A stretch of 61,161 nt of DNA, the filler included, from Basidiobolus ranarum (Eukaryota): NCBI GenBank assembly GCA_040143965.1. It is 11 parts of 11 records of this genome, joined end to end, with 100 filler letters (N's around TTAATTAATTAA, not from the genome) between each part and the next. Parts side by side here need not be neighbours in the genome. Positions count along the whole stretch, not along the records: positions 33,461 to 38,926 come from JASJQH010001588.1; positions 39,027 to 44,488 come from JASJQH010001589.1; positions 44,589 to 50,048 come from JASJQH010001590.1; 8 more parts are not named here. One strand, 5' to 3'. The position numbers were made by a program, and so were the translations under genes. Below are positions 33,361 to 46,303 of the stretch, one piece after another; position 1 is the first letter of the stretch; each line of letters opens with the position of its first letter. Below the pieces are notes generated by a model. The model saw only the letters and a list, made by a program, of their open reading frames with translations, searched no databases and was not told where the DNA came from.

Positions 33361-33787
33361 NNNNNNNNNNNNNNNNNNNNNNNNNNNNNNNNNNNNNNNN
33401 NNNNTTAATTAATTAANNNNNNNNNNNNNNNNNNNNNNNNNNNNNNNNNNNNNNNNNNNNGCTAGGGAACCTTAACCCAGTCTGTCAATGTATGGTACTT
33501 TGGCATTTCAGCTTTACAAGCAACTGATTGGCCTTAGACTTTGTGATCAGATGCAGTCACCATACTCCATATTTTGCACTTTGGGTACTACTGCTTGTAC
33601 CACAAGTCACCAGACTTTCAACGCAATGCAGGTCTTGGTTAGTTTGACCTTTGACTTTTACTCTCATCTTAGCTTCTTTATTTATTTGTGTTGTATGATT
33701 TGAGATAAATAAAGATTATACCTTCTGTTGCTTTTAATCCTTTAAACATCTTTACCCTGGTGCTTTTCATCCTCCCAATCTTAATGT

Positions 33788-34080
33788 GACTTTCACCTGT
33801 TGATTTAATGAGCAGAGAGTTGACATATATAGTTTTGTAAAAATGGAAGCAAACTAAGCTGTTTAATGTGTCAAGGAAGATCCCAGGAATATGTGTGCAA
33901 GGTTTGGGGCTTCTAGCACAAGTATGAAAAATCTATATATCTGAGAGCTTGAAAGTTGGTAAAAATACTCCAAGTAACTCTCAATTATGAATAAGGTGTG
34001 ATATCTTGGTGAAATATAGGATAATTAAGTGATTGGCTATACATGAATGTATAGGTGTTTAGGCAATATTAATTTCAACA
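33788..34080 (-). mobile_element. Degenerate copia family A LTR
   Basis: Reverse complement homologous to 5927-6265, ending in AATTTCAACA at 34080. Confidence 0.75.
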
Positions 34081-35274
34081 TTAACTGTTACTATGTTTAT
34101 ATTAGTATAGAACCTAAATATAGCTCACACCACCTGGTGCTTTTGATCCCCTGACTCTGCCTTGTCAACATTTTGACTGTATCTTTGAATTTTATGCTCT
34201 AACATTCCCTATTTATTATTTATATTGGATTAAATTGGTAAATAAAAATTACACCTTGTGGTATTTTCATCTCCCAACCCTAACCCAAAGAAATATGTTT
34301 CCACCTTCGAGTATAAAAGCTTTTATTTAAGGTATGAGACTATTTTGATATGATGGTATTCACCATGTGCTCATTATAAACTAAAACAAGATATTGTCTC
34401 ATTTTATAAAATGTGATTTTACTTGAAGCTACAAAAGGTACTTCCAGTTATTGAGTTAAGCTCTCAGGAATGCTCTCATTTGTTTCTTTGTGAGTTAGGG
34501 GAGGCTATTACAACACTCACCAAAAGAACTGCATTCACCACACTTGGCACTTCAGCGATCATTATTATTATTCTTGTTCCAACCGATCAAATTTCTATAA
34601 TCTGATGACATCTAATATCATTCCTGTTGGATACCCAGGGAGTCTAGCGAATGTGCATAAATGATGATTGAGGGAACAGATGCCTCAAAAGCAATCAGTA
34701 TGAAGTCATGTTGATAGGTTACTGGCTTGTACCATGTCAATCGTAGATAGGTTTTCATTGAAGACCTCACTATCCGCATGGTATGGTTGTTTCGTGTGGT
34801 ATTGACACAGACAAACTAGACTGAAATTAGACCCAACGGCCATAGATCAAAATCTTACTTACAGACAATACAACGGCCCATATCGCCGATGGAAGTTGAT
34901 ATCTTGCCAGCAATAAGTCAAACTCAACTAGCACACTTACTGGTTAGGGCCGCAGTGTAAGTATCATTAGGCTTAAACAGGTAGAATCGTAAGTGCCAAC
35001 TTGAATATCGCTAATTTATATTTGGCCAACAATAACTCTCACATTGACCTCTCACTGCCTGGCCTGACTTAGAACAGCTAATTAATTAGGTGATACAACA
35101 AACTTCCAAGATTTCCATCATGCAGGTTTTCGCCAAAAAAAAACACAAGCGGTAAGAGCCGTACACCATAGATTGCTTGTTTAAAGTATCGAGGGGTAGA
35201 TTGCTCCAGCCCCTCCCCCGCTATCCATCTTCAATATTCATTTTTATTCTGATCAAACCCGTCAGTAAAGTCTT

Positions 35275-36996
35275 ATGAGCTTGAATATTGAGGCCTTATC
35301 AAAGGCTTTATTGCTATTGCTTCCACCGAGTATATTGGAAAATATCCTTTTCTACGCTGGCGATGTTTTTCTATACTTTGACTATACTAATAAGCTTGAC
35401 GAGCGCCTTAGAACATTGATAACCTATAATGATGGTCCAGGATTTGTCTTACAAGAAGCCATAAAGTATGGCCATAAGCCAGTCATCCAGTGGCTCCTAG
35501 AACACGTAAATTACCCGAAGGATTACTTGCTCGTAAGTGCAGTCTGTTACGGTGACTTGTTTACTTTGGTGCACATCATCTCTCTTATTGGTGAGGGCTA
35601 CATGGAGTACGACACGGAGGCAAAACTTCTAAGTATAATGGAGGGGAAAATGTATTTTCTGGAATACTTGTATAATAGAAACAAGACCTTTGCCTGTGAT
35701 TCTAGTTATTTACGCCTCTGCATTATCTCAGGAATGTACAATTCAAGTGAAATATGTGCATGGTACACCAAGAATAAGCCGAATTGCCCTCAGATTCCAA
35801 AAGAAATCCTCATCGAAGCGTACCTTGGGAATGGCGACATATTACAGGCCAAAAAACTTCTCGGCAAAAGAAATATTCCCACTTTACTGAAATCCTTGTC
35901 GTTAATATACTCAGGGAAAGAAGAAACATACCAATGGCTGATTGCTACCTATTCTGATGAAGAACGTGTTTTGATGTATGTAGCAAAAGCATGTGCTAGA
36001 ATGGGGTATGTTGAGACTCTGGAAGTACTTCTTAACGAACCATACAATGTACATGTGGAGTATGATATGTTTGTTGGAATATCGAGTCTAGAAGTTGCCA
36101 AAACCCTACATAAATATGCTTACCAACGAGACTGTATTTCTAAGATGTTGAACCAAGGTTGTATTCGAAAGATGAAATCTCGATTTAGCACCTACAGAGA
36201 CCCCAAAACCTACCTGCAAGTATTGCAGACCTTCATTAACTCGGACAGAATCTCAAAACCCTTGGATGCTTTCATCCAGTCAGACAGAGGTTTCGTACGA
36301 ATTTCTGAATCTATTTTTATGAACAAGCAGTCAGAGTGCGTACTGCTATTCTTAGTAGATCTTGCTCAAATCACCACGAATTCTAAGCATGTGAAGAAAT
36401 ACATTGAATATGCGATTCAATTTGGACTCCCTGGACTTCTTCGAAAGCTATTACCATATTTACGAGAAACTGATAGGAGGAGTCTCCTTAATGCAGACAT
36501 GTACCGAAGCTACAATGAAAGGATGATTGATTGCCTCTTGGAAGCAGGCATTACTCATGTAACGTCTTTGGATTTGCTAATCAGTAATGTTAGCTTCAAG
36601 TGCATTCAGAATTTTATTCAAAATGATCTCATTTTAAAGGATGGGAATCTGCTGGAATGGAACCCGGAGACTGAAAAAGCCATTCAAATAGAGATGCTGA
36701 TAAATATACTTACGTACACCAGCCCCCCGCACTTATTGAGTAAGGACACTCAGATCGCATTAATACGCCAGCTGTCTGCTGAGATCTACAATGGCCAGTA
36801 TTTCCAGGAAATTGTTGAAACTGACCACACTGTGTCATTATCCACTGATCATGTGATTCCTAAATGGCAAATACCATCATTGCCTCGCATGCTATCTGTT
36901 GAGGATACCATTACCGCAGAAGTGGAGTATCATTTACAAGCGATCAATATGCATCTATTGCTTAAGGCACTAAATAACGACATATACTTGAATTAA
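35275..36996 (+). CDS. Intronless 573-aa protein with an F-box-like N-terminus and degenerate ankyrin-like helical repeats
   Basis: LLLPPSILENILFY resembles an F-box start. Repeats AIKYGHKPVIQWLL, AVCYGDLFTLVHI, CARMGYVETLEVLL and AIQFGLPGLLRKLL. The ORF is solid but the domain calls are by eye. Confidence 0.6.
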   Translation: MSLNIEALSKALLLLLPPSILENILFYAGDVFLYFDYTNKLDERLRTLITYNDGPGFVLQEAIKYGHKPVIQWLLEHVNYPKDYLLVSAVCYGDLFTLVHIISLIGEGYMEYDTEAKLLSIMEGKMYFLEYLYNRNKTFACDSSYLRLCIISGMYNSSEICAWYTKNKPNCPQIPKEILIEAYLGNGDILQAKKLLGKRNIPTLLKSLSLIYSGKEETYQWLIATYSDEERVLMYVAKACARMGYVETLEVLLNEPYNVHVEYDMFVGISSLEVAKTLHKYAYQRDCISKMLNQGCIRKMKSRFSTYRDPKTYLQVLQTFINSDRISKPLDAFIQSDRGFVRISESIFMNKQSECVLLFLVDLAQITTNSKHVKKYIEYAIQFGLPGLLRKLLPYLRETDRRSLLNADMYRSYNERMIDCLLEAGITHVTSLDLLISNVSFKCIQNFIQNDLILKDGNLLEWNPETEKAIQIEMLINILTYTSPPHLLSKDTQIALIRQLSAEIYNGQYFQEIVETDHTVSLSTDHVIPKWQIPSLPRMLSVEDTITAEVEYHLQAINMHLLLKALNNDIYLN

Positions 36997-37947
36997 GTTA
37001 ACATTATATGAATAGCTATTGATAGAAGCCATAGAGTGAGCATTTCGCGTTTGCCAACTGTACTTGTAGGATATCAATACATGATTATTTCTACAAGATT
37101 TGTTTTGGATTGTAATTTTTGACGTCAACGATGTTGCGTGAACTGACTCTCACTTACCTAAGCTCTCTCTTGTACTACCTCCAATTTCGAATAGTACTAG
37201 CAGTGTTAACACTTTAACGTGTGCTGGTAGATTTACAGTGGGAAACTAGTAGGGTAGAAGGTAAAAAGAAGCTAGTTGTAAACTTATTGACTGGCTGAGA
37301 TAATATCTGAAGTGCAAATTACGGGACTGCATCAATGAGTTGCAAATTCTTCATAATATTCTAGTACATTGATGACCAGCTCTTACGTACTTGGACTTTA
37401 ACATGTCATGCCGGTCTACTATCTTGTAGAGATAGTAATAAGCGATTATGACTTCTTGTGGTGTATTATTTGCCACAAAGTTACTGATATACGGAGTATG
37501 ACACTGCTCACATTCTTAGTGCTGCAGCACTCTCTGAGTGTTTGATCAGAGAATCAGTGTGCTCTACATGGTTGATATACATGCTTTCGTCTCAAGTTGT
37601 TTATTTTCATTCTTTGCCAACTTTGACCTTGAATCTTCAATATATATCTACAGTTAATAAAACCAGGAGCTTGTCAATTTCATTATGTGCCCTGCTGTAT
37701 AGCAGCAATATTGTTAGGCTGCTTGGGCGGGATTACAAACATTATCGTTACGCAATCACATGTATATACTAGCAACCAAATATATAACAATACATAAAAT
37801 ATATGTCAGTGTAATCCTAATTTGTATGAAAATGGAAGCTTTTTCTCTGACTTCTGATTCACCACAATGAATGAGTAATAATTGGTACACGCCAACATCT
37901 GAAGTTATTCTATTCAGTCCACTAAATTTGTCTAACAACGATATAAG

Positions 37948-38926
37948 TGTTAAAGTGTTTGGGAGCCTGTTGGACGTGGTTTGGAGAATTAGAGGAATTG
38001 GTGGTTTTCACTTATTGATTTATTGAGTAGAAAGTTGACATTTATAGTTTTGTCAAGATGTAAACAAACTAATGTGTAGAATGTGTTAAGGAAGGTCCCA
38101 GGAACATGTGTGCAGAATTTGGGGCTTTTTTGAAAAACCTATATATCTGAGAATTTCTAAGTAAATTCCTTATGAGAATAATGGATGATATCTTAGTAAA
38201 CTATAAGATAACTAAGTACTAAGCTATATATGACTATATAAGTGCTTAGGCAAAGCTAATTTTGACACTCTCCCTCAACTAAATAGTCATATAAACTAAT
38301 CCTAATAAAGGTCTGAATTTCTCAAATTTTGGTCTAGCTAATGGTTTGGTTAATACATCAGCAATCAAGTCTTCTGGGGAACAATAAGTTAAGTCAATAA
38401 AATTATTCTCTATATTCTCTCTAAAGAAGTGATGCTTAATATCTATATGTTTGCTTGTATTATGAAACATGGGATTTTTAGCCAATTTGATACAACTTTG
38501 ATTATCTTGAAATATTGTAATTGGTGAATTTTGAGAATAACCCAAATCTGTTAAGAGTTTTCTTAACCATATTGCTTCTTTTTTTGCTTCACAGGCAGCC
38601 ATGTATTCAGCTTCTGTTGTTGAAAGTGCTATGGTAGGTTATTTCCTTGAATGCCACAAAATAGCTCCATTAGAGTAAAGAAATAAGTATCCTGTTGTAG
38701 ATATTCTGTCTTCAATATCTCTTCCCCAATTTGTATGTGAATATCCCATCAGATCAAAGTTAGATCCAGAATATGTGTATTTTAAGCATAGATCCACAGT
38801 ACCTTCCAAATATCTGAATATCCACTTAACTGCTATGATTTGATTAGATCCATAATTTCAAAGATATTGACACATGGCTCCCACAGAATATGCAATATCT
38901 GGCCATGTTCCAACCATGATATACAT
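37948..38926 (-). mobile_element. Copia family A 3' end: RT/RNase H, PPT and 3' LTR (37948-38267)
   Basis: ALSTTEAEYMAACEAKKEAIWL...DNQSCIKLAKNPMFHNTSKHIDIKHHF...ADVLTKPL. PPT GAGGGAGAG and a TG...CA LTR. Confidence 0.92.
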
Positions 38927-39026
38927 NNNNNNNNNNNNNNNNNNNNNNNNNNNNNNNNNNNNNNNNNNNNTTAATTAATTAANNNNNNNNNNNNNNNNNN
39001 NNNNNNNNNNNNNNNNNNNNNNNNNN

Positions 39027-42000
39027 GAACTTACTTTGTCAGTTACCCAAAATCATAATTTGGCAATACTAAATTGGGTAACTTGGTACAGGCTGGCACA
39101 ATATCTCCAATAAAATAAATGTGTCCAATTGTGGTGGGATAGTGCCATATTGTTCCTTATAGTGTCCAATCAAGTGTTATAGGACCCAGCCATGGTAACT
39201 GACAGATCATGCCAGATGGTGTATTAGCAGGCCGGGTCAAGCAGCACAATCTGACCTGGTCCAATGGAACAAGTCTAATGGCAATTGGTAAAATCTTTTG
39301 ACTGTAATGCAATTTAGCCTCCAATAATCCACACAGAGATGGAGGGATTGCTCCATTTATAACATATGTGATTGCAGAGCCTACTAGTGACTTTGAATGT
39401 TGGATAAGTACTTTCTCCATTTTGTTTGATATACTCTCTGAGAATGTTGAGTTCCAGCTGGGTCAGCCTGCAGATAGGCCCATGGAGTAGTTATTCTTTT
39501 CTAGTAGATCTGTTGGGAAATCATAAGGGTGGTGAGTGGAGAGTATTTCAGGTTTTCTCTTGTCAAAGACATCAGCAAAGGCTAAGTCTTTGGGTGATAG
39601 TTCAAGAGCTATGGATTTTATTGGTTACAGCTTGTCAGCATCATTGCCAGTAGATATTGGCTATATACCTGCTTTGAGGATTTGGGCTGATGATGAGTTG
39701 GATACTTTGCTGGTTGGCAAATATGGACTAGGAGGTGGAACTTGCTTGAACATGATAACTTCTACAATTTAATTACTGGGTGGTGCTACATGAGGCATGG
39801 GATACCACCAATGACAGGATGGTGAGGGGAAGAAATAGTATTGAAGGCTATTTCTTCTTGATGGCCATGTGTGTCATAAGTGTTGTCTCATATGTCACAG
39901 CACATGATGATAGCAATCTTCCATTAAACTTTTGCAGGACTTTGGATACATGAACTTTATGTTTTTCTTTTGAGTTCAAGGAGAACAAGATATCATCAAG
40001 ATTGATCACCAAAAACTGGTCAAGATACTTGCTGAAGATATCTTTCCTCATGTGTTGGAGGACTGCAGGAGCATCAGTTAGTCCAAATGCATGACACCTT
40101 ATTCAAAGTGTTCATAGCAAGCTCAAAGGGCAGTTTTTCATTAGTCTCTTGGTTTGATTCTTACAAGATTGTCTGCACCTCTCAACTCAATTTTTGCATA
40201 TACCTTGGCTGCAGCAGGCTGTTTCAAGAGTGCAATAGTTGATGGCAAGGGGAATTGATTTCTGACTGTAATGCTATTTAGGTTTCAATAATCCACACAG
40301 AAGGAGGGATCCAACCTTTTTCCTAACAAAGAAGATTGGAGATCCAGCTGGAGACTTTGAATGTTAGACAAGTCCTTTCTCCCAATTTTCTGCTGTATAC
40401 TCTTTCAGAATGTTGATTTTGGGCTGGGCTATCCCATAGATAAGCTTACATGGTGGTTCTTTTCCTTCTTGTAGATATATAGAGCGATCAAAAGAGTGGC
40501 AAGTTGGAAGTATATTGGATTTCTTTGTGTTAAAGGCATCAGCAAATGCTAAGTGCTTAGGTGAGAGTTTAAGGACTATAGATTTTGCTGGTCTCACTTA
40601 TTGAGCATCATTGTCTGTAGATATTGGCTTCATAGCTGTTTTGAGAATTCTGGCTGATTATGTGTTATATACTTTGCAGATTGGCAAATATGGACTAGCA
40701 GGTGGTACATGCTAGAATGTAATAATCCTCCTCCAGTTTATTACTGGATGGTGCTGCATGATCAATCAGATATCAAGGATGATGGGATTTGTGAGGTGAA
40801 GTAATGATATTAGAGGCTGTTTCTTGTTGATGAGCAGTGGACATGAGTATCATAAAAGTTGTCTTATTTGTTAAGTGCCTAATGATATCAATGTCTTTTA
40901 TCAAATTAATTCTGCAAAAACTGGACTAGATTTCTTTATTGTTGGGATAGAGCAGGTCTTGACTAAGGCAGAGTCAAAAAAACAGGAGGAAGCACTGGAA
41001 TCAAAAAGTGCAGTTGCTTTTATTGACTTTGAATTAGGTAGCAGGAGTGTAGTGGGCAGCTTTAGGGACTAGTATGACTGCGGAGATTGTGCTGTACAGT
41101 GAAGAAATATTTCTGAAGGTGGTTAGCCCAACCTCATGCCCATTATTTCAGCTGGGCATTGCAGTTCTCTGATGGTTGAGAAAACTCACTTCTACTGTCA
41201 TATTGTTGATCTTAAATCCAGCACTCTTTTTTTGACACTTTCTGGCTACATGTCCAGGGCTTCCACAATAGAGGCATACATTCTGTCATTTGCATTGATA
41301 TTGCTCCTCAGGGCTAAGCTTTCTGAGTCAAGCTCCATCAATTTGCATTGAATCATCAGCTTGAGATGAATTCTATATTAGATGGGAGTAGAATATGAGA
41401 GTAGATGAAGAGGGTGAGAAGAAAGGAGCTATATTTCCTTGGTATCATCTTTCAAACAACTGGCTGTCTTATTTAACTGCCTCATGAATAGCATCAGTCA
41501 GGGTCACTGGGTGAGCAATAGTGAGTAAAAGATCCTGAATATTTTCTCAAAGTCCATATTGGAACTGGCTGATCAAGTTAGACTCTCCCCGATTGAGTTG
41601 ACAGGTATGTGAAATTCTGCAGCATAAGTTGATGAAGGCTTTGACTATTGTTTAAGTGCATGAAGCTGGGTAGCTGAAGTTCTTTCCTTGTGTTCTTTTC
41701 CTAATGTAGCTGGAAGTTCTTTGCGGAAAGCAGAGAAGTTAGAAAGAAGTGAAGATTGACTTTCCATCAAAGGAGCAAACCAAGATAGAGCTGTTCCTGA
41801 TAGTAGTGCTCCAACTAAGCATACTTTTGTTTGGTTGGAGGGCTATTAATGGGGATGTAGCTGGATGATGAGCTTTAATTGGTTAATGAAATAAAATAGT
41901 TTTGGCAAGTGCGATTGAACTTATTTGGTTAGGAGATCAACAATTCAAGTGTTGTCTTTGCAGGATAGCTGGGTCAAGCTGGATTCTGTACTGGAGCAAG

Positions 42001-42890
42001 AGAAGTGCAAAGTTCCTGATTTTCTTGTTGAAGCTGAGCAAGAGCTAGCATGATATTTTCTATTATGAGGGCTGGTGTAGAACACATATTTACTATGTTG
42101 GGGGGAAGTATCAATACCACAAGTTTCTCTGGAATGATAATCACAATGTAATGTCCAAATGTTTGTAGAAGAAACAATTTGTGCCTTGACACAAGAATAT
42201 GCTGATATCAATGTCCTTTGGTTTTGATTAAAAGCAACTATAAACTCTACTAGCAGTGTGTCTACAAGGATGCACTTAGAGTAATTATCAAAAGGTGGAT
42301 GGTGCCTTTGCCTTAAGAGGCCACTGGGGAAAGATGGATAATAAGAGGGAAGCTAACCTTGGAGGTTTCAAGGTTGGAGAACAGCAATAGAGAGGTCTAC
42401 AGGCAAGTGTAAGTAGTCTGATCAAACTTTCACACTAAGGAACTGGACAAGGACTAGAATCAGAGAAGAGACTGGAGAGCAGGAGGGTACTTGTGTGTAG
42501 ATCACAAGGCAAGACAAGACAAGACTGGACAGGGAAGATTCTTTGGCAAGAATTTTTATCAATTACAGGCAATAATCAGACTGAGGTCTGATCAAGGAAA
42601 ACAGGGAGCTTATATAGATACTGCAGGATAGAACATAAAATATTGAATAGGTAATATACTGTGGCAAGTTCAAGTGTCAGTGTGTTGGGGACTACAATGG
42701 CCAATACAAGGGATATGATGTAAGGATGATCAGGTGGCCTTCCATGCAAGGTCTTGGCAGAAATATATTGTTTATGGGACTATATGATTGGTTAGGTTTC
42801 ATGAAATATTCCAAACCACATGACTTCCATAAAAGGTAACCTGGATAATAGAAGAAGTCTATTTGCAGTGGATGAGTATGCTAACATCAG
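39027..42890 (-). mobile_element. Degenerate Ty3/gypsy family D: LTR (~42430-42890), gag, protease, RT, with a duplicated PR-RT segment
   Basis: Gag LLSGTALSWFAPL, protease ALFDSSASSCF, RT HSKSPAG and LDDIL. The PR-RT segment appears again at ~39290-39925. Confidence 0.8.
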
Positions 42891-42899
42891 AATCATGAC

Positions 42900-43995
42900 T
42901 AATTGCAAAAGAATAAAAAAATAGTGAATCTGGAAATGTAGTTACCACAGAAGATCACTTGTTCATATCTGCTCTATCTATGACTACCAACCAGAATTCT
43001 CAGATATGTTATATTGATTCTGGAGCCTCTCAACATTTCACAAATGAAGAACATTGGTTTGTGGAATATGAAGAAATCCTTATTAGAAAAGTTTTCAAGG
43101 GAGAAGACCATATATTGTATGGCATGGTAATGGGAATAATTCAGGTCAATTTAACTTGAACTGCTCAAGTGATAGTGTATACTGTTAGGGATGTACTTCA
43201 TGTTCCAGATATTGCATAGAATTTAATTTCAGTATGTAAGGCTACCTTGGAAGAGTTAAGATGCAACTATCATAAGTCTTGATGCACTTGATTTTGATAA
43301 GATAGGATGCCACATGACCAATCACAATGGGCATACTTTACCTTAACCTAAAAAGGAACAGAGTTTATGAAAACTTACATATAGTCCAAGTGAAATTATG
43401 TATAAATGTAATTTATTGCAATTAACAAAACTGTTCATTATGGTATAAGAGATTTGGTCATATTGGATATGATTATTTGAACAAAAATGATTAAAAATTC
43501 CCTAATTTCTCGAAATCAAATTAACCCCTGAACCAAAATGGAAATTTTTGAGTGTTGTATATATGGAAAACAAGCCAGGCAGCTGTTTGATAGCTCTGGT
43601 GTACTAAATCTGTCACAAATTTGGATCTAATTCAATTACATTTGTGTGGACCTACACAAAATATATCTTTTGGCAGAAAAAGATATTCAATCATATTTAT
43701 TGATGAATATACAAGTAATACTTGGGTCTACCTTATGGAAAGAAAGGAATGAGCTCTCTCTATCTGTAGAGACTTTGAAAACTTTTGAAGATTAAAACTG
43801 GAACTGGAATCAAGAAAAGATGTACTGATAATGGTGAAGAACATACTTAAACATTATTTAATCAGTTTTGCAAAGTCATGGAATTAAGCAAGAAGCCACT
43901 GCCCCCTATTTACCTCAAGAATATGGAGTTGCTGACAGAGCTCACAGGACTATAATAGAAATGGCCTCATCTACAGTATATGCACAAAATTTGTC
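42900..43995 (+). mobile_element. Degenerate copia fragment (protease, GAG-pre-integrase, integrase)
   Basis: CYIDSGASQHF, LWYKRFGHIG, CCIYGKQ, TDNGEEH and TAPYLPQEYGVADRAHRTIIEMA. Gypsy LTRs interrupt it on both sides. Confidence 0.82.
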
Positions 43996-44488
43996 TCATA
44001 ATGGCACAATAAGGAACTGGACAAGGACTGGGAACAACAACAAGAGGCTAGAAGGCAGGAGAGTACTTGGGTGTAGACCACAAGACAAGACAAGACAAGA
44101 CTGGACAAGGAAGATACTTTGGCAAGAATCTTTATTGATAACTGGCATTGATCAGACTGAGGTCTGATCAAGGAATACATGGTGCTTATATAGATATTGC
44201 AAGGTGAAACATAATATACTGAATAGGGAATATACTGTGGCAAGTTTGAGAGTTGGGGTGTTAGGGACTACAAGGACCAATACAAAGAGGGATGATGTAA
44301 GGATGATCAGGTGACCTTCCATGGAAGGTCTTGGCAGAAATACACTATGTGTGGGATGACATGATTGGTCAGGTTTCATGGAATGTTCCAAAGAACATGA
44401 CTTCCATATAAGGTAATCTGGATGAACTGACACCAGATTGCCAAGAAGGGATGGCACAGTAGATATGATGTCATAATCTAATAATAGA
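43996..44488 (-). mobile_element. Gypsy family D LTR inserted in the copia integrase
   Basis: Near copy of 42437-42850 (AAGGAACTGGACAAGGACT...(AAGAC)n...GATCAGACTGAGGTCTGATC). Confidence 0.78.
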
Positions 44489-44693
44489 NNNNNNNNNNNN
44501 NNNNNNNNNNNNNNNNNNNNNNNNNNNNNNNNTTAATTAATTAANNNNNNNNNNNNNNNNNNNNNNNNNNNNNNNNNNNNNNNNNNNNTGTTGTAATTAA
44601 GTATACGGTAAAATGTTGGACTACTTTTTTGCCGGAAACGTGGAAATTGATCGGGGAAAAACCGGGACCGTAATATATTATCTTTCTATTTTT

Positions 44694-46303
44694 CTATATC
44701 TCATCGTTCTTTTCATGCAGCTGAAGATCAAGTTCAAACTTTACAATGTCATGACTCATCTCAGCTGGTGCCATTACTATTTCTGGCAAGTATATTTCCC
44801 TTTGTTCGTTATTTTGCAAGGCAAACATAACTTGGAGAGGAGATGTCTTGCCCATAATCTCCAATACTTGTTCAAATGGGAGATCTTGATGTGCTTGAGC
44901 TGCCTCTGTAAATTGACAGACACGCTCCAGTAGCTGTGACATGCTTGGATTGCCTGAAAGATCAACGCTTATCATCAGAGTATTCACAAACCGTCCGATC
45001 ATTGGCTTGATCTCCCAAGGGTGGCGTTGGGCGCTTAGGGTACCGATAACTATATCATCCTGTCCAGAGAATCGCGACAGGACAACACTCCACGCTGCCA
45101 GGATTGTCATGAATAACGTTGCTCCATGCTTCTGACTAAGACGTTTAAGGGCTACGGTGTACGTGAATCTATATGAATTGGCATTTGGGCTCCTGCAAAT
45201 GATGGTCTAGAAGGGCGGGGTCGATCAGTTGGTAGGGTAATCGACACAGGAGCACCCGCAAGTGCAATACGCCAGAAATCATTTTGTTCCTGGAGTTTAT
45301 CGTCATTGAGCCACTCTCCATGCCAAACTGCATAGTCAGAGTATTGGAGGCTTAATGGAACCAATGGATTGGGATGGCCGGTGTGATAGGCTCTGTAGAG
45401 CTCACTTAGCTCACGAGTCAATATTCCGATAGACCATTTGTCACAGACGATATGATGCTGTGTCAGAAAGAAGATGTGCTCATCGTCGGCAATCTGGATC
45501 AATTGTGCGCGAATTAACGGTCCTTTTTCAAGATCAAAAGGTGCACTAGTTTCAATCAAACTTAACTCATGGAGACGTCTATCAATATCTAGTTCACCTC
45601 GAAGGTCGTGAGATAACGTAGAGAGTCCCGACTGAGCAGGCAAGATTTGAATTTGTGGTTGGCCGTCGACAGTGACAAAGACGGATCGCAGTGACTCGTG
45701 TCGACTGAATACGGTATTCAAAGCACGCTGCCAAGCATCTCGATTAAGAGTACCTTGCAGGCGGAAGGCCATTGGAATATGGTAGATGTTGCTGGCACCT
45801 TCCTTTTGAGCATGGAACCACAAACGCTGCTGAGCATACGATGGTAGCAAGGCAGTATCACGAGATACAGGTGTGATGGCACCCACAGGCGCCTCGTATT
45901 TCAGATTGACACTTTCCTGAACCTTGGAGCCCCTGCTTTCGCTATACCTGGCAGTCATTGAACCAGTTTCCGATGGCACTCGAGCCATGGCAGTATCCAA
46001 CTCGCTAGCAGACACCATTAAAACAATTTAGTATGCAGTCAGCAATCAATACTACAATTTAATCAGAACTTGATCTCTTACCTGGCTTGGATATCCATTG
46101 AATTAATCGTCCTAATGCTGACAGTGCCTTCAGAGACGGTGCTGTTTTCATTGGTATAGTAGCTGTCAAAGAACTGTTATCAAGAGAAATCCAATGTGTT
46201 AGTGCCCGCTTCTGTTTACAGTACGGATGTGCCGACAGCCTCAAATACACCAAACGTTAGTCCTTACCTGAGCGTCCTTGTTTGATGTTTCGAATGTATG
46301 CAT
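44694..46303 (-). pseudogene. Intron-containing NRPS 5' end (condensation domain), frameshifted and truncated
   Basis: Exons 46303-46268, 46173-46082 and 46004 onward splice in frame. C-domain motifs SYAQQRLWF, RHESLRS, PFDLEKGPL, HHIVCDKWS, LPTDRPRP and AHQDLPFEQ. 1-bp frameshift at ~45156. Homology ends abruptly at 44695. Confidence 0.85.

Noticed and set aside
34277-34286. CCCTAACCC telomere-like motif
   Set aside because: Only about 1.5 units and internal to the contig, so not a telomere.
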